DNA from: Myxococcota bacterium | Lineage (GTDB): Bacteria > Myxococcota_A > UBA9160 > UBA6930 | Assembly (NCBI GenBank): GCA_965223415.1 | Contig: OZ245002.1 | Span: forward strand, 3,168,001 to 3,232,000 | DNA length: 64,000 bases | Direction of reading: 5' to 3' | Part shown: piece after piece, positions 57,887 through 64,000 of the stretch | Position numbering within the stretch: the stretch's first letter is position 1 | Layout of the letters: each line of letters begins with the position of its first letter | Notes under the pieces: generated by a model | Seen by the model: only the letters and a program-made list of their open reading frames with translations | Told to the model about the DNA's origin: nothing | Databases searched by the model: none | Program-made: the position numbers and the translations under genes

Positions 57887-59020
57887 TCATGGGGCGGCGC
57901 GCCCGACGAGGCGTCCGTACACGTCGAGCAGGCGGTCGGTGGCCGCGTCCCAGCTTCGGGCCCGTGCCTGCTCGCGGGCGCGCATCCCGAGCCGCAGCCG
58001 CAGGTCGTCGTGGTCCATCAGCCGGCCGAGGGCCGTCGCCAGCGCATCCACGTCGCCGGGAGGCACCAACAGGCCCGCCAGGCCGTGGTCGACCGCCTCG
58101 GGCATGCCGCCGGTGTCGCTGGCGATGCAGGGGATCCCCTCGGCCTGGAGCTCGAGGAGCGCCCCGGGCAGGTTGTCGCCCCGCGACGGCACCAGGCCGA
58201 TCGCCGTCTCCGCGAGAAGGCGCGCCTTGTCCTCGCCCTCGATCCAGCCGCACAGGTCGATGCGGGAGGCCGTGTCCAGCGAATCGGCCAGCGCGTGGAG
58301 CCGGCCGGCTTCGCTGCCCCGGCCTCCCACGACCAGTCGCCAGCCCGGGCGGGAGCGCGCCGCCCGGTCGAAGGCCAGGAGCGCCACGTCGACGCCCTTG
58401 CTCTCGGCCAGGCGGGCGAGGACGGCGATCGTCTGGCCCGTGGCTCCGCGCGGCCGGGTCCTCGCGGGACGGAAGCCCGGGGTGACGACGACGGTGCGCT
58501 CCCGGTCGGCGCCGGCGGCGATCGCCCGGTCCGCCGACCAACGGGACACCGTCACCACTGCGTCCGCGCGATGCAGGGCCCAGCGGCTGCCCGCGTTCGC
58601 GAAGTCGGCGCGGCTCCCCGTGTGCGGTGTGAGCACGACCCGGGGCCTGCCGCTGGCGCGTCGGGCCGCCAACGTCGTGGCCACCAGGGGCCAGCGCGGA
58701 AGGGCGGAATGCAGGTGCACGACGTCCGGCCGGAAGGACAGGAGCTCGCGCAGCAGCCAGGGCGCCCGCGCGATGGGGCGCCGGCGGCTCGGCCACGGGC
58801 GCAGCTCGACGCCGCCCAGGGGGCCGGACCCGCCGTCGGCCGGGCCGGAGACCCGGACGCGCTGGCCCCGCGCCGCCAGCGCCCGCGCGTGCCCGGCCAC
58901 GACGCGTCCGATGCCGCCGGTCCACTGGGCCTCGAGCTTCGACGCCACCAGCAGGATCCGCAGGGCCGGTGCCTCCCGGATCCGGGGGGTGGGCTCGTCG
59001 ATGGCGGGCGGAGCGGCCAT
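57887..59020 (-). CDS. Glycosyltransferase family 4
   Basis: GGIGR, PDVVHLH, RLAESKG, PSRGDNLPGALLE, ASDTGGMPE. Confidence 0.9.
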   Translation of the reverse strand: MAAPPAIDEPTPRIREAPALRILLVASKLEAQWTGGIGRVVAGHARALAARGQRVRVSGPADGGSGPLGGVELRPWPSRRRPIARAPWLLRELLSFRPDVVHLHSALPRWPLVATTLAARRASGRPRVVLTPHTGSRADFANAGSRWALHRADAVVTVSRWSADRAIAAGADRERTVVVTPGFRPARTRPRGATGQTIAVLARLAESKGVDVALLAFDRAARSRPGWRLVVGGRGSEAGRLHALADSLDTASRIDLCGWIEGEDKARLLAETAIGLVPSRGDNLPGALLELQAEGIPCIASDTGGMPEAVDHGLAGLLVPPGDVDALATALGRLMDHDDLRLRLGMRAREQARARSWDAATDRLLDVYGRLVGRAAP

Positions 59021-59141
59021 GGGAGCCAGCCTGCACGCTCCCGCCGATCCGCCCATCGGCGATGCGTGATACACGGCGCCGGTCCTTGTGCCCCGGGCGT
59101 GCCACGGTCGTGGCACTGCGGCCGCGAACCCCAACGCTCGC

Positions 59142-59699
59142 TCAGCTGATGGCGTGCTCGCGACCGGGCAGCTGGGTCGGATCCCGCGCCGGAAGCAGGT
59201 CCTCCAGGAAGTACGCGCAGAAGGCGCTGCGCCCGGGAAGGTGCGACTTCTGGTAGGTGGCGCGCGCCTGGTGGCGCACGGTGGCCTCGGTCGTGCCGCG
59301 CAGGCCGGCGATCTCGCGGTGGGAGAATCCCTTCAGCATCAGCAGGCCGACCTCGCGCTCGGCGTTCGTCAGCTCCCATTCCTCGAACTGCTTCTGGATC
59401 TCGTGGCCGAGACCGGCCAGGTAGCCCTGGGCGCGGTCTCGCCAGGCGGCGCCCTCCGCCCGGGCCATCTGCAGGTCGCGGGTCAGGGTTTCCTTCTCTT
59501 CCCGCTCGGCCTGAAAGCGGCCGGTCAGCATCGTCACCCCCACGGCCGAGGCCACGAGGAGGGCGGTCTGGAGGGCGTCGCCGGCAAGATCGGGCCAGTC
59601 GATGGCCTCGTCCTCGGTCAGCACCTCGACGCCCATGAGCAGGACGAAGGCACCGAGGCCCAGGAGGGCCCAGCGGATGCGGATGGAGCGCTCGGTCAC
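59142..59699 (-). CDS. Membrane-anchored LuxR-type HTH regulator, copy 2 (start could be 59771)
   Basis: Close paralog of 56033..56581. Confidence 0.88.
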   Translation of the reverse strand: MTERSIRIRWALLGLGAFVLLMGVEVLTEDEAIDWPDLAGDALQTALLVASAVGVTMLTGRFQAEREEKETLTRDLQMARAEGAAWRDRAQGYLAGLGHEIQKQFEEWELTNAEREVGLLMLKGFSHREIAGLRGTTEATVRHQARATYQKSHLPGRSAFCAYFLEDLLPARDPTQLPGREHAIS

Positions 59700-59921
59700 G
59701 GTCGGTTCCTCCGGGGCGGGGGCCGCGGGGTGCCCGGCTCCAGGTGTGCCCGGAACGGCCGGAGGATCCATCCCCCAGCTGTGATACGCGCCCGCACGGA
59801 TGTGGAATACCGAGGCGAATCGACCGCTTACACCTCTCCGTCGATGTGGCGGCGGGGCCTCCGCGGGTAGAACTGGCTCGAACCCCCGGGCCTCGCGGCC
59901 CGCCCACGAGAGGAAAGAGCC

Positions 59922-60866
59922 ATGCGCAAGATCCAGACCGCCCTGACGCTGCTGGTGGCAGCGACCTTCCTGCTGCCGGCCGTCGCCGACGCCAAGAAGA
60001 AGAAGCGCCGCCGCCACTTCAGCATCTGCGAGCAGACCGCGATCCAGCAAGCCCGCGGCTGCGAGCTCGAGGCCAAGGAGGACCGGCACGTCAACCTGGC
60101 CATCTGCCTGAACTTCACCGACCCGGACGAGCGGGAGGAGTGCCTGGACGAGGCCGGCGAGGCGTTCCACGAGACCGCCGAGCTGTGCAAGGAGCAGACC
60201 GAGGCCCGCTTCCTGCTCTGCGCGCAGCCCGGCATGGCCGGCGCCTACGACCCGGACCTGGACCCGAATGACTTCGTGGTCGGCATCGACAACCCCTACA
60301 CGCCCTTCCGGGTGGGCTCGGTGTGGGTCTACGAGAAGGACGGCGAGGACGGGCTGGAGACGATCCAGGTCGAGGTCCTCCCCGACACCTTCGAGATCGA
60401 AGGCATCGAGGCCACCCAGATTCGCGACCGGGTGTGGGTCGACGGCGAGCTGGTCGAGGACACCATCGATTGGCTTGCCCAGGACGTGGACGGCAACGTC
60501 TGGTACCTGGGCGAGATCGCCCTGAACTTCGAGGACGGCCGGCTGGTCGACATCGACGGCTCCTGGCTCACCGGCGTGGACGGCGCCAAGCCCGGCTTCT
60601 GGATGAAGGGGGATCCGCAGGTCGGCGAGTTCTACCGCCAGGAGTGGCTGGCCGGCGACGCCGAGGACGTGGCCGAGGTGATCAGCCTCGACGCCGACGT
60701 GGTCGTCCCCTTCGACAACGGAAATCCGATCCTGCAGACGCGGGACTTCACGCCCATCGAGCCCGGCGTGGAGGAGTTCAAGTTCTACGTGCCCGGGGTG
60801 GGCCTGGTGATGGAGGTCGACCCGGAGAGCGGGGAGACCCTGGAGCTGCTCTCCTACACCCCGTAG
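59922..60866 (+). CDS. Secreted hypothetical protein with 6-Cys N-domain and acidic beta domain
   Basis: Signal peptide ADA|KKKKRRR; IDNPY.P, DWLAQDVDGNVWYLGE, GSW..G.DGAKPG, KFYVPGVGLV. Confidence 0.8.
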   Translation: MRKIQTALTLLVAATFLLPAVADAKKKKRRRHFSICEQTAIQQARGCELEAKEDRHVNLAICLNFTDPDEREECLDEAGEAFHETAELCKEQTEARFLLCAQPGMAGAYDPDLDPNDFVVGIDNPYTPFRVGSVWVYEKDGEDGLETIQVEVLPDTFEIEGIEATQIRDRVWVDGELVEDTIDWLAQDVDGNVWYLGEIALNFEDGRLVDIDGSWLTGVDGAKPGFWMKGDPQVGEFYRQEWLAGDAEDVAEVISLDADVVVPFDNGNPILQTRDFTPIEPGVEEFKFYVPGVGLVMEVDPESGETLELLSYTP

Positions 60867-60888
60867 GGACGTCGGCGCCGTGTCGGAG

Positions 60889-60919
60889 GAGGCCCGGTGG
60901 GCTCGGCCCGCCGGGCCTC
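60889..60919. terminator. Hairpin between convergent genes
   Basis: GAGGCCCGGTGGGC-TCG-GCCCGCCGGGCCTC. Confidence 0.6.
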
Positions 60920-60931
60920 GCTTCTCTCGGG

Positions 60932-62362
60932 TCAGAACGCCATGCGGACCGCGGCGAAGCCGCCGAAGCCCCAGTCGCCGCTACGGCGCCCCCAGGCCGG
61001 GCCGGCGCGGAAGGCCGAGACCGAGAGCTCCATCTCGAAGCGGTCGTGTTCTTCGATGGCGAGCACCAGGTCGATCGCGTGACCCACGTCCCGGCGCCGG
61101 CCGTCGAAGGCCGTTTCGATCCGGGCGTCGCGCAGCTCGTCTGCGGGCTCGAGCAGCCGGTAGTGGTGGTAGACGAGGTCCGCGGAGCTCGACTCGAAGA
61201 GCGAGACGCCAGCGCCCACGGTGAGCACCGCCAGGTTCGAGAGCTCCGGGTCGAGCAGCCTGCCGTAGGTGCCGAAGCGCTGCACGCCGCCGAAGCCGAT
61301 TTCGTTGCCGTGCAGGCCCGTCTGTCGGAAGCCGCGATCGCGTCCGCGCCCCGGCGAGGAGTCGCCGGAGCCCATCGCCACGCCGAGAGTGCCCCGGGGC
61401 TCCAGAGTGCCCGGCAGGAACCAGGTGAGTCCCGCGTCGAAACCCCAGCCCCGCACGTCCTGCGCTCGCACGTCCTCGATCACACTGCGTCCGAAGCCGA
61501 CCGGCTCGAAGGCGACCACGTCCTCCTCGCCCACCACGATCGCCGCGTCGAGCCAGTAGCCGAGGATGCCCTCCCCCGCCGCGAATCCGCCGATGGCGCG
61601 GGGGCCGACCCAGAGCAGGCGGGCGTCGGACTCGTCCTCGCGATCCTCGGACCGGACGCGGCCGAGGGAGCGGTCTCCGGAGCGGTCGCGCTCCAGCAGG
61701 AAGAAGAGCTCGAGGGAGTTGCTCTCGGCCCATTCCCAGGTCGCCTCTCCGAGAAGTCGCAGCCGTCCCGCGGCGTCCGGGTCGATGAAGTGCTGGTCCG
61801 AGCGGGTGCGGGCGATCGGGTAGGCGAGCGCCAGCTCCGCGTCGAACGGGCCCTCGTAGTCGACCCGGATCGCGAAGAGCTCCTCGTCCCACCACCAGGT
61901 GCGGTCGTCCTCGAAGTCCAGGTGGCCCAGCTCGACGCTCAAGCCACTCCCGAGGATGTTCTCCGAGTACACCCACATCTCGCCCAGCTCGACGAAGCCC
62001 GCGGAGACGCCGGAGCGCGTTTCGGCCAGCACGTCCCACTCGTAGCCGGCGCGGACCTGGGCGAAGAACGAGAGCGGCTCGCCCAGGGTGTAGAAGGCCT
62101 CGGCCTCGATCTCCGGCCCGAACAGCACCCGCTCGCCGCCGCCCGGTCCCTCGCCCCGGACGATGGGGTCGACGGCCTCGATCGCCAGCTCGGCCTCGCC
62201 GCTCACCGAGAGGGGATGGCCGAACAGCTCGGTGGTCCACGGCTCCTCGACCCGGTTCTCGTCCTCCCGCTCGGTCAGCCGCTCGCGGATGTCCTCAGCG
62301 AGCGACGGTGCCGGAAGAGCGAGCAGCAGCCCGGCGAGCAGCGGGAGCGCGTGGCGACGCAC
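60932..62362 (-). CDS. Alginate-export (AlgE-like) family outer-membrane porin
   Basis: Signal peptide; WWWDE, GSGD, FRQTGLHGN, YGRLLDPELSNL, C-terminal F. Confidence 0.8.
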   Translation of the reverse strand: MRRHALPLLAGLLLALPAPSLAEDIRERLTEREDENRVEEPWTTELFGHPLSVSGEAELAIEAVDPIVRGEGPGGGERVLFGPEIEAEAFYTLGEPLSFFAQVRAGYEWDVLAETRSGVSAGFVELGEMWVYSENILGSGLSVELGHLDFEDDRTWWWDEELFAIRVDYEGPFDAELALAYPIARTRSDQHFIDPDAAGRLRLLGEATWEWAESNSLELFFLLERDRSGDRSLGRVRSEDREDESDARLLWVGPRAIGGFAAGEGILGYWLDAAIVVGEEDVVAFEPVGFGRSVIEDVRAQDVRGWGFDAGLTWFLPGTLEPRGTLGVAMGSGDSSPGRGRDRGFRQTGLHGNEIGFGGVQRFGTYGRLLDPELSNLAVLTVGAGVSLFESSSADLVYHHYRLLEPADELRDARIETAFDGRRRDVGHAIDLVLAIEEHDRFEMELSVSAFRAGPAWGRRSGDWGFGGFAAVRMAF

Positions 62363-62439
62363 TGGCGTGTCGATGGCTCCGCGGGGGGCGGTGTACGGCG
62401 ACCGGCGGAGGATACCGGACCGCACGACGGGTGCCCCGC

Positions 62440-62868
62440 TCAGGCGGGAGGGTCGGGAATGGGCGTGAACCGCTCCAGGACGTCCGCGGGGACGCGCCGC
62501 GGCCGCTGGCTCGCCGGGTCGACGAAGGCCCACTCCATGCAGCAGCGGACCAGCTCGTCACCGCCGGGCGTGGTGAAGCGCGCGCGCCGGATCGAGCGCG
62601 CCGCGCGCATCTGGACGACCCAGGTCTCTTCGACGATCTCGTCGCCCAGGGCCGCGGAGCGCAGGTAGTCGATCTCGTGGCGGCGCGCGACCCAGACACC
62701 GCCGACCTTTCGGTACGTCGCCATGTCGAGGCCGAGCACGGCGGAATGGGCCATGGCCAGCTCGACGGCGAAGGAGAGCCAGACGACGTTGTTCACGTGG
62801 TCCAGCTCGTCGATGTGCTCCGGTGCGATGATCCGGCGCCGGCGAAAGCGCCCCTCGTCCGACGTCAT
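62440..62868 (-). CDS. Acyl-CoA thioesterase (4HBT/YbgC hot-dog fold)
   Basis: IDELDHVNNVVW, VARRHEIDYL. Confidence 0.9.
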   Translation of the reverse strand: MTSDEGRFRRRRIIAPEHIDELDHVNNVVWLSFAVELAMAHSAVLGLDMATYRKVGGVWVARRHEIDYLRSAALGDEIVEETWVVQMRAARSIRRARFTTPGGDELVRCCMEWAFVDPASQRPRRVPADVLERFTPIPDPPA

Positions 62869-62926
62869 GGGCGGTGTGTAGCGCTGGTCCTGCTCCGCGC
62901 CACGCGCGGCGCGATAGAATCGGACC

Positions 62927-63814
62927 GTGGCGCGGATCCTCCTGCTCGCAGTGTTGCTGGCTCCCCTCCCCGTTCGTGCCGAGCGCCCCCTGGTCGTGCT
63001 CGTACCGGGCCAGCCGAGCCACGGCTACGGCACCCACGAGTTCCGCGCCGGAGCGGAGCTGCTGGCCCGGGCCCTGAACGGCGCCGGAAGCCCGGTCCGG
63101 GCCCGCCTGGGCCGCCTCGACGCGTTGGAGGGCGCCGCAGCGCTGGTCCTCTACATGGACGGCGGCGAGCGCCACCCGGTGCGGGGTCACCTGGAGGCGA
63201 TCGACGCGCGGGTGGCGAAGGGCCTCGGTGTCGTGGCCCTGCACTACGCGGTCGAGGTGCCGGCGGGGCCACCGGTAGAGGCCTTCGGCCGCTGGATCGG
63301 CGGCTACTACGAGTCCGGCTGGTCCACGAACCCGACCTGGCGCGCCGAGGTGGCCCTCGACCAGGGTCACCCGGCGAGCCGCGGCGTGCGGCCCTTCCGC
63401 GTCTTCGACGAGTGGTACTTCAACCTCCGCTTCCCCGCGCAGATCCGCCCGATCGTCACGGCCGTCCCCGACGACGAGGCACGGGAGAGCCCGACCTGGC
63501 CGCCCTTCCCGGCGGATCACATCCTCCTTGCCAGCGGCCGGCGCGAGACCCTGGCCTGGTCCGTCGAGCGGCCCGACGGGGGCCGCGGCCTCGGCTTCAC
63601 AGGCGGCCACTTCCACTGGAACTGGGGCCACGACGATTTCCGGCGGCTCGTGCTGAACGGCATCGTGTGGGCCGCCGGTGCCGAGGTGCCCGAGGGCGGA
63701 ATGCAATCGCCGACGCCGGGTTTCGCCGAGCTCTCGGAAGGACAGGACGAGCGGAAGCCCTGGCTCTTCTTCGACGCGGAGGAGACCATTCGGACCTTCG
63801 AGCTCCGGCCCTAG
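62927..63814 (+). CDS. Secreted ThuA-like domain protein
   Basis: SHGYGTHE, HP..RGV, DEWYF, GRGLGFTGGHFH. Confidence 0.8.
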   Translation: MARILLLAVLLAPLPVRAERPLVVLVPGQPSHGYGTHEFRAGAELLARALNGAGSPVRARLGRLDALEGAAALVLYMDGGERHPVRGHLEAIDARVAKGLGVVALHYAVEVPAGPPVEAFGRWIGGYYESGWSTNPTWRAEVALDQGHPASRGVRPFRVFDEWYFNLRFPAQIRPIVTAVPDDEARESPTWPPFPADHILLASGRRETLAWSVERPDGGRGLGFTGGHFHWNWGHDDFRRLVLNGIVWAAGAEVPEGGMQSPTPGFAELSEGQDERKPWLFFDAEETIRTFELRP

Positions 63815-63825
63815 CCCCTGGGCCC

Positions 63826-64000
63826 CTACAAGGCCCCCTTCTCGAGCTCGGAGGCGGCGAAGGCCGCCGCCCGGGCCGTGAGCGCCATGTAGGTGAGCGA
63901 CGGGTTCTGGCACGCGGACGATGTCATGCACGCGCCGTCGGTCACGAACAGGTTGGGCACGTCGTGGGCCTGGTTGCGGGCATTCAGCACCGAGGTCTTC
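63826..64000 (-). CDS. GMC family oxidoreductase, C-terminal end only
   Basis: Manual translation KTSVLNARNQAHDVPNLFVTDGACMTSSACQNPSLTYMALTAR. Confidence 0.88.
   Translation of the reverse strand, partial: KTSVLNARNQAHDVPNLFVTDGACMTSSACQNPSLTYMALTARAAAFAASELEKGAL

Noticed and set aside
56033..59699. Composite transposon bounded by the LuxR duplicates
   Set aside because: No transposase, terminal inverted repeats or target-site duplication seen

Overview
High-GC bacterial window, densely coding, with about 60 genes. The organism is diderm: there are two outer-membrane beta-barrels and a LolA-like protein. A DUF2378-like gene hints at Myxococcota or a related deltaproteobacterial lineage (inference). 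I saw no rRNA, tRNA, CRISPR array or transposase. The window is dominated by lipid/steroid/aromatic catabolism: 7 SDRs (including 3alpha- and 3beta/17beta-HSD-like), 2 cytochrome P450s (one strongly CYP142-like), 2 CaiB CoA-transferases, a FadE-type acyl-CoA dehydrogenase pair, Rieske and TauD oxygenases, and 4 TetR regulators with candidate operators. The most notable uncharacterised systems are: (i) a TetR-controlled divergon of secreted DUF3604 metallohydrolases with a PpiC-type foldase and a HupE/UreJ protein, where the foldase-linked paralog is uniquely Cys-rich; (ii) a TetR-TauD-MMPL-LolA-like-beta-barrel operon facing two paralogous unknown secreted proteins plus an SDR and a P450; (iii) duplicated membrane-anchored LuxR regulators bracketing two glycosyltransferases, next to a secreted protein with symmetric Cys spacing and an alginate-export-type porin. 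Also seen: a frameshifted GST-like gene, a duplicated 30-bp promoter/operator, a 35-bp tandem repeat over a start codon, a structured pckG leader, and widespread apparently leaderless genes. All family calls come from motif recognition by eye, not from database searches.
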